A stretch of DNA of 63,280 nt, filler included, from Choristocarpus tenellus KU-1152 (Eukaryota; Protista; Phaeophyceae): the NCBI GenBank assembly GCA_964200185.2. It is 10 parts of 10 records of this genome, joined end to end, with 100 filler letters (N's around TTAATTAATTAA, not from the genome) between each part and the next. Parts side by side here need not be neighbours in the genome. Positions count along the whole stretch, not along the records: positions 10,389 to 14,515 come from CAXNAD020016078.1; positions 14,616 to 18,068 come from CAXNAD020019933.1; positions 18,169 to 20,910 come from CAXNAD020025137.1; positions 21,011 to 26,319 come from CAXNAD020011197.1; 6 more parts are not named here. One strand, 5' to 3'. The translations under genes and the position numbers were made by a program. Under the pieces are notes generated by a model that worked only from the letters and a program-made list of their open reading frames with translations, was not told where the DNA came from and did not search any database. This document shows, in pieces, positions 13,401-24,128 of the stretch. Position 1 is the first letter of the stretch. Every line of letters starts with the position of its first letter.

Positions 13401-13935
13401 CGAAATAAGCCACGCTGGCCCTATACACATGTCCAATTCCCCGTCATATACACTCTAACCAACATATAATTCCTCTCCCCCATATAACGTCCAACCCTGC
13501 ATCCAAACCACGGATATTTTTTTATTCCAAGTTGCAACCGCCACTGACACCTCTCTCAAGCAATATTTCACAGCTTACATAGGGCGAATAAACGCGTCCC
13601 ATACGTTCGTTCCACTGCCTAACTGCATCCTCAATCATCCGTATAAAACTATCCGTTTTTCCTAACCCCAACCCAAACAAACAACACCCCCCTCATAAGG
13701 CTAAACCAGACCATAACGTGCAAACACATTCCAATTGTCCTACACACCAACACAGCCCCTGCAACGAACATGTTTGTGTGTGGCAATGCAGGACGCACAA
13801 CCGGGCCCCCAGGTCGTGCCCCTTCAGGCTATCATCATCCCAGACTTCACCGACATCGATCACAACCACCTGGACAACATATTCAGGATCCTGCCTGGTC
13901 AATACCAGAGGTTCGCCTCGGAATCCAACCGGTAA
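10409..13935 (+). mobile_element. Sola2-like DD(D/E) transposase gene, intron-containing, 5' truncated by contig start
   Basis: ORF 10797-11771 carries MDFS (D at 11019), WSDGCGSQFKNRW (D at 11307) and NFFASCHGKSLSEGVGAVVK (E at 11430). These match the Sola2-type FSDGxxSQYKN and FFATSHGKGxxDGxGG motifs as I recall them. A downstream exon, 12834-13356, has GIKSMHSF...ELSCYCTNCSIGNLAQC, the typical C-terminal SCxCxxC. Probable further exons lie at 10409-10646 and about 13792-13935; some splice junctions are unresolved. Confidence 0.75.
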
Positions 13936-13986
13936 TCGCTCGGTGGGATACCTGCTCGCTTCTCTGGGCAACTCAGACTTGAGGGC

Positions 13987-14515
13987 ATGCCCGAAGCCAG
14001 ATTCGGTTGAGGAACAAGCTTCATCATACGCACGAGTGGGGGGGGGTCAATCGTGCAGGGGAAGGTCAGCGATGTTCACATAGATGTCCCAAGGGCGTAC
14101 ATATGCTCTATGTCGTACCTCCCGGACGATGACTAAAAATATGTACCCCCCCCCTCAACTGGGGTCGTACACAACAGAGAACGTGATCGAAGAGAGGGTG
14201 TCCACAAATTTCCAGACAAGGACAAAGGAGGGACAGTGACGAGACTACAATACCCCCTGTATTGCCGAGTTTGCTGTCGGGCACGAAAGCGTCGAGACAT
14301 GAAAACAGGACCCTATATAAAAAAAACAGACCCCTTGGACCGACACCGAGTTATATATGTGCCGGATTCAGAAGAGGGAGTAACGCTCAATGCCATAACT
14401 AGGGGAAGGAAACTATACTTCGGATGGGACGATCAGCGGATGCGAGGGACCGTGACCAAGTACACCAGCCCCACTACACACGGTTCAAGTTAGTGGAAAG
14501 CGAGTCAGCCACCCC
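13987..14515 (+). pseudogene. Disrupted coding-like segment downstream of the Sola-like transposase (unknown product)
   Basis: MPEARFG*GTSFIIRTSGGGSIVQGKVSDVHIDVPRAYICSMSYLPDDD*KYVPP... followed by ORF 14236-14493. Coding-like composition with in-frame stops. Confidence 0.3.
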
Positions 14516-14615
14516 NNNNNNNNNNNNNNNNNNNNNNNNNNNNNNNNNNNNNNNNNNNNTTAATTAATTAANNNNNNNNNNNNNNNNNNNNNNNNNNNNN
14601 NNNNNNNNNNNNNNN
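14516..14615. other. Artificial contig linker
   Basis: N44-TTAATTAATTAA-N44. Confidence 0.98.
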
Positions 14616-14701
14616 CCGGATAGGCATTTGGGGCAGGGGGTAAACGTCAGGCGCAACCTGGAGGGGGGGGGGGGGGGAGGGGGGGGGGGGGGGGGGGGGG
14701 G

Positions 14702-17603
14702 GAGAAGGAGGCACTAGTGCAATTTGCAACAGCACAACAGGCCATAGCTTGCTTGGAGGTGAGGGGATTGTGTGTGAGGGGTGGATGATAAATGTGTTTA
14801 CATGTTGTATTATCTGGTGGAGTGAACAATTAGAGTAGATAGTGTCATTGCTAGTTACTAAAAAAATATCCCAAGATAAAGATTTGTCATACTACATGTA
14901 ACTGTGTTCCATTTTTTATTTGGCACCAGTTGAACAGGCACTATTATGGCTATGGAGTGAATTCAAAATTGATATTTTTTAGTGTACATCCTTTCCAACA
15001 TTGATGACTATTAACTTTGTTACAGATTTTGGTGAATCGTGTATTGAGTATGTCATGTTGGTAGATACTATTTGATAATGATAAAACTGTGCTGATCTCT
15101 CCCTTTTTTTTGCGCTATTCAAAGCTACTATGATTACAATATCTATGATTACAATATGTGGTTGGTTGAATTAAGAATGATTACAATTAAGACTGTGGGG
15201 CCATAAAAAAGGGTTGGGATGAAGTCCTCTCTCTGTGAAAGTGTTTCTTACTACTCTACTATCTCTATTATACAACTATACCCTTTCCCCTATTCCCTCC
15301 AATTGCTGTAGCATGCCCAGTACCCTTTTCTGACAAATGCGCTCTTCGTGTGGATTAGAATGTCACATTGTGTACTAACTATCTGTTACCAATGAAGCAC
15401 TACAACAACAGTTGGAGATGAGAAACCAACTTTATACCCAATCTGTTAAAACTTTCCTTTTGCCCGTGGCCATGCTACCACTGCTGTGTCCTCACTGGTA
15501 TGCCCAAACACCCAAGACGTGCATGGAGCACACCTACTATGCTACTGACACACACATACACATAAAACACACATATGTTGGTTTAGTGCAGACTGCGATA
15601 ACTATATTTTTTGTACCTTTTTTCTGTTTTCTCTTTTTTGAGCAGTCTCCAAAGGCTGTTCTAGACAACCGTTTTATTGTGGTGGACAGGAGTGCAGTCA
15701 ACCTTCAGCCAGTAGAGCACAGTTTGCAGTCGCAAAGTAATGTGGGCATGCAAAATGTGCAGTATGAGGGGGTAAGAGGAGGAGGCAGTGGTGTGCATAC
15801 TGATGATAATGGAGGGCAGGCAGAGGCTAAGGCTGCTGCCGCTGTAGAGCTGGCTATGAAAGAACGGAAGGAGGCCTTTGTCCTGAAACAGGTATGTAAT
15901 AATGGGTTGATTTGTATGTATGTATGTTGTAGGAGATCTATTTTTTGTTTGTGGAGAATGGTCATTGCAAAGTCAAGAAGAACTGCAAAACTTAACTAAT
16001 TGATATACCTGGCTTATGTTCCTATTGTGCTTTATTGAAAATATGTAATTTTGAGCATTGGCTACAAGAATTAAGAATTACTGTGATGGATTTTCTGTGT
16101 GTCACATGCAAAGGAGTTGACAGGTGGGGAGTGCAGTATTGTGATCTTTATTTTGGTTGCTCCGTTCACTCTTTTTTATAAAAATATGGTAGATAGCAGT
16201 GAATTTGCTGTTGATGTTTATGTTCGTATTAATTGTGTACATCCATACTGTACTCTAGATAGACAAATATGAAGGTAAATGAGTAGGATTTAGGGGGACA
16301 TAGCACTGTATATGTAAAGTGACAATGATAGCAGTCAGCCCAACCATATTTGCTGAAATTTGTAGCACTTTTTTCATGTGCCTAAGTGTAGGTAATGTTG
16401 ATGTTCAGGTTGTTACACGCTGCAGGAAAAATTTCCTGTCCTTGATCCTTGTTGTGTAGCATTGGGAAGAAGTGGAAAGAAGATGAAAACATAATTTGAA
16501 TTGTGTAAAATATGTCCAAGGAGAGTGTGATAAAAGTGCAAAGTGCAGCCTACTTTATGATTCAGATCGTGATAAGTGTGGAGAAATCTGCATAACACAT
16601 ATCAGTGTGTGTTTCACAACACCCAGACCTCATAGTCAAATCTGACTTTGTATCATGAAGTAGTCGATGATACATAGTTTGAGTGTTAGAGTATTAATTT
16701 GACATCACAGCAGAAATGTTTATGTGAATAAATGTATATGTTAATATTTTGTAGCGATTCTGGTTGTGATTGGGTGTTGAGGGTACTAATTTATTTGATG
16801 TAAAACTGACATTATAATTTTACTGTATTACTTTTGACATCAGAATAGATACGAAGTGGAAGACTGCACGGTTGTTTTGAGAAAAATAGGTTTATGATAT
16901 CTTCTGTATCGATTTATCAAAAAACGAATACGATAATCTAAACTTCATGATACTGCTAACACTCTAACCAGTGTGAAAGGTATTGTAAAAAACCCTTCCA
17001 CCACACAGGGGTGGATTTTTTGTGTTGCACAAGAGAGATGGTTTGTTTCATAGAAGGGGTAGCAGTCAAGTGTTTGTTTTATGGTAGGTACACAATCAAT
17101 GGTAGTTGTTGCAGTAAGAAGTGTTTCCCTCACTGGGGTATCCAACCCAACAGGGGAGAGTGACTGGTATGTTAGGAAGCATGTTGGCTGGTGGATGAGT
17201 TGAAAGAATAGAGGTGCAAGTATATATTGTGACAAATGATTGTAACAATGTTACACAACAAAGCATTGAGTACCTCACAGTAGGGTTCTTTGAGTGACAT
17301 ATTCCTCGTCCTTTTTTTTGCAAAAAATACTTTTACTAGTTTCGATGTACTGCTTCCATAAATAGGTGTCATTGTGTGCATCTACTTAGTGGTTACACAC
17401 TACCTGTCACTATTGATACACACATCACATCACATCACATCACACTGGCACCAGTAACAGTAACAGTAATTTTGATTTCAGGTGTACTTGTGATTAAGTC
17501 AAATTAAGGTTACAATAACATCCCACTAAATATCGTCATCATACTGTGAGAGGATAATGTGTTGAATTATTGTGGAGTTGTACTAGAGTATTGTGAGCAC
17601 CAC

Positions 17604-17636
<33 letters not shown>

Positions 17637-17909
17637 AGGAATGACGTTTTCTGCACAAGTATGCACTCTCACTCTCTCACAACTAATCACCCTTCACCAC
17701 AAGCATGCTTTGTTGTGCTGTGTCTTTGTTCTCTCTTTCGCACACACATACCCCTCTTGTCCCATCAATTGCAGGCACAAATGGGAAAGACACGTGAGGT
17801 GGTTCAATTGCAGCGACGAGTTGTGTTACTGGAGGCACAGATGAAAGAGGCGGCCAAGCAGCTTCAACCTGCACGAAAAAAGAGGGATATGGTTGCAGAG
17901 TTTGTAGAG
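14702..17909 (+). CDS. RBM26/RBM27-like RRM RNA-binding protein, internal fragment
   Basis: Exons ~14702-14758, 15646-15891 and 17775-17909 splice to EKEALVQFATAQQAIACLE/SPKAVLDNRFIVVDRS...AAAAVELAMKERKEAFVLKQ/AQMGKTREVVQLQRRVVLLEAQMK.... The AL.QFAT...A....S..AVL.NRFI.V pattern followed by a coiled coil is characteristic of the RBM26/27 first RRM. Confidence 0.7.
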
Positions 17910-17987
17910 GTAAGTAGGCGTTGCAGGCAAATGAGCTGATCGTTTTCCACATGAATCAATTTCGTTCCTCTAGTAGTTGGTAGTTGG

Positions 17988-18068
17988 TGGAGGCACAGAT
18001 GAAAGAGGCGGCCAAGCAGCTTCAACCTGCACGAAAAAAGAGGGATATGGTTGCAGAGTTTGTAGAGG
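17988..18068 (+). repeat. 81-bp exact direct duplicate of 17830-17910 (3' part of an exon)
   Basis: tggaggcacagatgaaagagg...tttgtagagg occurs twice; the second copy abuts the contig end. Confidence 0.9.
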
Positions 18069-18168
18069 NNNNNNNNNNNNNNNNNNNNNNNNNNNNNNNN
18101 NNNNNNNNNNNNTTAATTAATTAANNNNNNNNNNNNNNNNNNNNNNNNNNNNNNNNNNNNNNNNNNNN
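18069..18168. other. Artificial contig linker
   Basis: N44-TTAATTAATTAA-N44. Confidence 0.98.
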
Positions 18169-18801
18169 GGGGGGTGGGGGGGGTGGGTGTCGGAGTGGGG
18201 GGGGGGGGGGGAGGGGGGGGTTTGTACGGAGTTGTCAGGGATTATTTGGAGGGGATGAGCGCAGCAGGTTGGCCCTGTTAATACATGCTCCTTAACACAG
18301 AGGAGCCTTGAGAGGTATTGATGGGGTCCATTGGTGTGCCGTGGGCAGAGCGGATCAGTCCCGTGGTTATCCGGTTCCAGTCGTAGTAAAAAAATATATA
18401 TATATTATTATGCCTCGCACTGAAAAAATATATATATATATATGCAGATAAATCGAGAACTGGGAGAAGGAAATTGAGTGACAAGAATTTTTCCTTTTTG
18501 GGGGGGGGGTGGGGGAAAAGAATTTTTTTTTTTATATTTTTGTTAATTTTATTATATGTTTTTTTTTTNNNNNNNNNNAAAAAAGAGGGGAGAGTGGGAA
18601 GGGTAAAATGTAGCATTTTTTTTTTGGTTGGGGGGGGGGGGGGGTGGGGGAAAAGAATTTTTTTTCCGATAATTTTGATAATTTTATGAACTGTTTGGTT
18701 GTCGTCTCTCACCGTAGTCACCGGTATGGTACGAACGACACTGAGCAAGCAAAAAAAAAGTTATTTCTTGCTTTTTTTTTAATCCACTGCCTTTATACCT
18801 G

Positions 18802-18840
<39 letters not shown>

Positions 18841-18875
18841 ATTTATTTTTTTGGTGCAATTCTATTTAAAAATAG

Positions 18876-19958
18876 GTTGTGGTGGCAGTCAATGCGTTCA
18901 CAACAGACACCCCTGCGGAGGTGGAGTTGGTAAAGGAGCAGGCGATCAACGCGGGCGCTACGGCTGCGGTGGAATCCCGTCACTGGTATGGACCCTCCCA
19001 TAAGCAGGGTTAGGGTTAGGGGTGTTGTGTGCTTCAGTTGGTTCGCATTTGGTACTAGTACTAGTACTAGTGTTGTGGATTAAGTGATGTGGACTTGGAG
19101 GTGATTGTTGTAGTTCTAGGATTAGGGATAGGGTTAGGGGTGTTGTGTACTTTGGTTGGTTCGCATTTGGTACTTATTGGAATCAGTTGGGGTGGTGAAC
19201 TTGAGGCGCTGGTTAGAGAGGGTGGGACCGTTGGACTAGAAAGTTGACATGTTTAGGTTCAGGTAAGGGCGGAGGTTCTCGTTGGTACTGCTGAAGTGGA
19301 ATGTGGATCCAGGGGAGCTTGATGAGGTGCTTGCAAGTGGTTAGAGTTATGGCTAGGATGAAGGCTCTCGTTGGTACTCATGAACTGGAGTCAGTCGGGG
19401 AAAGCTTGAGTTGGTAAATGTTAGGGTTAGGGGGGTGCAGGCAGGTTCACGTTGGTACTGATGGAACACAATGTACTTTCGAGAGGTTGAAGTTTTTGGG
19501 GGGGTTAGGGTTAGGGTTGGACTTGGTCGTGAAGTTCTGACTAGGGTTAGGGTTAGGGTTGGTCCACATTGGTACTGCTGAAGCACAAATTAGTTGGGCA
19601 AGTTTGATGTACTTCTAAAGGTTAGCGCTAGGCCAAGGCCTAGGCCTAGACTTGATTGTAAATTTAGACAACTGTTTTGTCATAGTAGGGAGGGGGGGGG
19701 GCAAACTAAAGGGTGAATTGGTCTGGACTATTTTTCGGGTTCCATGCCTTGTTAGTTGTAGGTCATTTGGTCCTCCTGTGCCCTTCCCATGCTTTGAATC
19801 TTAAATTAATCTTGAATGAATCTTGGATTCAAAGGGCCGAGGGTGGAGCCGGTGCGGTGGATCTCGCCAATGCAGTGGTGGAGGCATGCACTGCAGCAAG
19901 AACGGAAGACTCGACATCATCCTTCAAATTTTTGTATCCTCTTGAGAGCTCAATCAAG
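18876..19958 (+). CDS. Formate-tetrahydrofolate ligase (FTHFS / C1-THF synthase synthetase domain), two internal exons
   Basis: Exons 18876-18985 and 19835-19958 give VVVAVNAFTTDTPAEVELVKEQAINAGATAAVESRHW/AEGGAGAVDLANAVVEAC...FKFLYPLESSIK. These are the classic FTHFS motifs VVVA.N.F.TDT..E, HWA.GG.GA..LA and F.FLY. Confidence 0.92.
19006..19585 (+). repeat. Degenerate intronic minisatellite (~80-130-bp units) built from TTAGGG tracts plus a GGTTCNCR(T)TTGGTACT core
   Basis: Core recurs near 19040, 19158, 19274, 19363, 19444 and 19561, usually preceded by (TTAGGG)n-like runs. Confidence 0.7.
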
Positions 19959-20910
19959 GTGATAATTTAAAAAAAAAAAAAGGAAAGTATCCTGAATAGA
20001 ATAATATTTTTAATATGTAGAATTGCGTGTGTGTATGTTTTTAAATTGAACACTGATTTACTATCTTGGCACATATATTGTATGTTCATAATGATGTTTT
20101 GTTTCTAAGTTTCAAAGATAATAACACGGTAATTTTTACTCCTGAACGCATGAAAAAGGGTCATGACGAACCATCTTTGCTCAACCGCTCGTGTGTTTTA
20201 TTTATTTAACTTACAAAAAAACAAAAAAAAACTATTCCCTTTATTTTCTTACTAGTATTATGGTACTGAAAAAAATCGGAAGGACGGTGTAATTTTCCAC
20301 TGGTATTGTGTTGGGGGGNNNNNNNNNNCGGTTTTTTTTCTTATTTGGTGGGTGTGGGTGAAGGGAAGCGGTGGGAGGGTGGATTTGGCCAGTGGTGTTG
20401 GGTGGGGGGGGGGGGGTTTAAGAGAGACTGCAAAAAAATATGATGCAATAACACGGGTCATGAATAACCGTTATGCTGGTCAGGTGCACTATTTATTTTT
20501 ATTTGATTTATGATTCCATTTGTTCTTATGTATATTTATTTATTTTATGTCGAGTCAAAGAGATGTTGCCCTCCTCGGACGTGAATATACTTTTTTTTAA
20601 TTCTACGACCGCCTGAATCCGTTGTCTGTAATAAAATAAATATTGTTCTCATCACATGCCAGAAAAAAAAAAGAGAGAGAGAGAGAGAGAGGTGATTTTT
20701 TTTTTTTTTTATGTACTTGTGCTAGAATTTATTATTAGTGCTGCATTATTATTCCCCCCTTCCCTTTGGTGCGATTGTATCACTGTTTTGTTATTGTTCT
20801 TTTTTCGGGGGTATATTTTTTAATTGTTCTTTTTTCTATTTTGTATTGCCCCTGTTGTTGTCAAGGAATATTTTTATGTATGAAGTGTACTAAAAAAAAA
20901 AAATCGGGGG

Positions 20911-21010
20911 NNNNNNNNNNNNNNNNNNNNNNNNNNNNNNNNNNNNNNNNNNNNTTAATTAATTAANNNNNNNNNNNNNNNNNNNNNNNNNNNNNNNNNN
21001 NNNNNNNNNN
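20911..21010. other. Artificial contig linker
   Basis: N44-TTAATTAATTAA-N44. Confidence 0.98.
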
Positions 21011-21386
21011 GCCCCTGCCTGGTTCCTTGTCCTGTCTGGTCCCAACCTCAGTCCCCCACTGGAAGCTCGCCATGCACGCCGCTCTCGCCACTCTCCGTTG
21101 GACATTTTTCTCAAGCGCCTTTAACCCCCCAAACTTCACTTCCACGCTTCCCGGTACCCCATGGTCACCGGTAGCCCACAAGAAGAGCTCCTCAAAGCTC
21201 ATTGGCCGAAAGCTCAGTCCTTTGTGCTCTGTATCACCAATGCCTGGTTCCACCTCGCTCTCTGCTTGTAGGCGCCCACTGTTCAACCTGCAGGGGTTTT
21301 CCCCTTGCCCACCAGGATCTCTTACTTTCCCCATGCCTTGCTTCAGGACAATAACGCCTCTGCTCCGAAAGAGTGGCGTGCACCAT
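21011..21386 (-). CDS. 5' end of a hypothetical protein, truncated by contig edge
   Basis: Putative exon MVHATLSEQRRYCPEARHGE|gtaaga (21386-~21326), then an open, GC-richer exon ...ESEVEPGIGDTEHKGLSFRPMSFEELFLWATG... to the contig end. No recognisable motif. Confidence 0.4.
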
Positions 21387-22041
21387 TTTTGGGTTGTGGA
21401 TTATTTTGGCGGGGGTTTTCAGCTGTGTTGAGCATTACTCCGCAAGCAGCGAAATGTTGGTATGCAAACAGGCAGCCTTTAGTAGACAAAAAAATACCGA
21501 GATTGAGGGTACGTCTAGTGTTGCACACACTCTTGGGGGAAGGGGTTCAGTTGTGAATAAATATCCTGCATCATTGCAACACCTCAATTGAAAAAGCGCG
21601 GGCAGCAATTTTTTGGTAACTACCTGGCGGGTAATCTATCATTCCACTTGCCATCACCACAATGACAATCAATGGTATCTTCCACTCAAGCACTTTTACT
21701 CAAGGGTACTGTACTCTACTACTACTGCAAGACACCGAAAGCCTTCCACACGGCAGTAGTTTATTTTTAACAAGAGATGTACATATTTAACTCTAATCCC
21801 ACAGTAGTGCACATGGATTTGCATATCAAGGGAGAGATAGAGGACATTCACACAATTGGCGGCTCAGTCTTTCTCACTACATCAGCAACAACAATTAGAC
21901 TCTCCTCCGGCAGCACAAAATCATGATACAAAAATAATTGAAACGCATTAAAATTAACACCTTGCCAGACCTTGCAGACAAGGTCAGTCAATTAATTTAT
22001 CTTTGTCTCTTCTACTTCCAATAGAGAAGGTAATTCTTTTC

Positions 22042-23665
22042 TCACCCGTCAAAGTTACCAACTGCCACAGAAGCCTCTCCTTCTTTGCATATGTACTCTT
22101 CCACTGATGCCCACATGCCTGGGGTGGCACCTGCTCTTGCCAGTCTGTCTGCATCAGTCCATGGTCTTACCCACCCCAATCCTTGCTGTGGGTGCAATAT
22201 CATGATACCTCCAGGGGTCACCACCTTTGAATTTGCAGGTATGGGCGTGGGAGAGATGTAAGCAATCTCCCCAGTCAATAAATCTAGACCTAGAAATTTG
22301 CATTCGATCTCCCTTTAAACCCTCGTGTATACTATATTATCTTTGTATCCACGCTCTGGAAGAGCTTATCTATGCATTGCTTCTCTCACACTCAGCAATC
22401 AGACCACATGGGATATTATAGGATCGCCTTTCCAAAAATACTCCAGTTTTGATTACAAGGCATGGAGAGAGGAAGAGGCACTTCTTCAACTTTGAAGATA
22501 GTGCAAAAACAGAGTCTATACTACAGAACCCTTCAACGCAACAATGTTCTATGCCCACAAGCTAATACCTCTACTACAATCCTCTTTAACAAAATGCTTG
22601 ACTCTGCTAAAGTTGGCATTGTCCTGCGAGGCGCATATGCCTAAGGAGGTACCTTCATCCACCTTCTGATAATGCTCAAGAAATAGTCCTTTGCCCGATC
22701 CTCTTCCACTCGGATGAAGATCACATCCATCATCTGGCCAGTTGGGATATCCTCATCGGCTCCGCAGCGACCCTATACCCATAACGTAAAGTACATTGAG
22801 CAGAGCAACCACAGAAGCAGGAAGTGTGTTACCTGCGCTGCAAAGCTTTGGGGAACGGGACTGTTTACTACTGATGCCGATCTCTTAACCTAAGTCTTGA
22901 GTATCCATTCCCACAATAAAAACATGGAGAGGCAAGAGCGATAAACCTTTATCAAGGGTAAGCCTAGTTTCTCTATTTCAAGTTACTACAAACCAAAGAT
23001 TAAGTTCCTTGTGCATTTTAAACACATTGCGCTAAATTTTCCCCTCTCAAATAATAGAATAGAGTCTACGGCAACACCTGGTGTTGCATCCTGATCCCCA
23101 GGTCAACAACTTCTGCACCGTTAAGATGAAGGTCCGCACCCCATCCACCTGGTAGGTCCACCTCCAGGAACGTTCGATACCCCTGTTCCAAACTAATAGC
23201 GTTGATCAGGAGCGGGGTGTCTGCAATACAGGAGAATGGATCTTCTACTTTGTGAAGGGTCTCTTCTGTTGACAAACAGTTTTCCTTAGAATCGGAAAAC
23301 CTTGCAGCCTGTAGGGGTAGTGATCGACATGGACAACACTTGTGAAGAGTGTGGACTTAATACAAGTCCAATACAAACAAGACCTAGATTTCAAAATATT
23401 CCAGAATCAATATGGCTGCCCTTACTCGCGAACTGATCTCGTGGTCATTTAGAAGTACTGCCAGAGGCAATGACTCTAACTGCGATTTTCCTGCCTCCTC
23501 TGATCCTATCCCATGAAATCTGGACACAAACGCATAGGTGGCTAGTCCCACCAAAACGACCAGGAAACTTTTCAGTGGCAGCGGAAAGTTCTTAACAACG
23601 CCATGATTCAGTTTCCTTGTCTTTTTGCGCTTCCGTCGAGGCTGAAGAGGTGACCCATGCCCCAT
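22042..23665 (-). CDS. Type II membrane protein with a divergent class I SAM-methyltransferase-like (Methyltransf_24-like) domain
   Basis: Five putative GT-AG exons. A basic N-terminus and TM segment (SFLVVLVGLATYAFVSRF) are followed by GYRTFLEVDLPGG (motif-I-like), MDVIFIRV (D.IFID-like) and RRWMK/VVTPGGIMILH (W..V.PGG..I.H pattern). The 3' end is uncertain because a donor is possible at the apparent stop. Confidence 0.55.
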
Positions 23666-24128
23666 GTCCAGGTCACTACTCACCCAGATTTCTATTTTAA
23701 TAGACTTGCAGACTCAAAACGATATATACATATATTCAATGTCTTCCAGTATTCTTATGTTTAGGACATTTTATATACAGATATGTATATAGTTTTCATT
23801 GGTTTCCCCCTGACACCTGCAAAATGTCAGAGGGCATAGTAATAATATATATACACGTCTTTCCTTCTTTCTGTTCATATATATTTGAAGAAGACTTCTT
23901 CGAAGAAAAAATGTATCGAAATTTGAAATCCATTTTAGATACAGTATATAAGTATCGCACCGAATAGTTGGTTGTTCTTGTCGAAGTATATTATGATTTC
24001 TGATTTGTGATATCGTCTTACTCTTGCTTCCTTACTACACCTTATACAACGTCAAGATCCCTAACCCTCGAAAAATTGGACCTGTACCTTTACTCCAGGT
24101 ACAAGTCGGCTTTGTGCCGTCGCTCGAC
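23666..24128. promoter_or_regulatory. Compact AT-rich divergent intergenic region (probable bidirectional promoter)
   Basis: 463 bp between the inferred ATGs at 23665(-) and 24129(+); AT-rich with several TATA-like stretches. Confidence 0.45.

Noticed and set aside
18490-18690. Duplicated GGGGTGGGGGAAAAGAATTTTTTT block
   Set aside because: The copies flank a 10-N scaffold gap in homopolymer-rich sequence; probably overlapping low-quality contig ends.
19006-19585. CRISPR-like repeat-spacer appearance
   Set aside because: Short degenerate core, irregular spacing, related spacers, located in a eukaryotic intron, and no cas genes.
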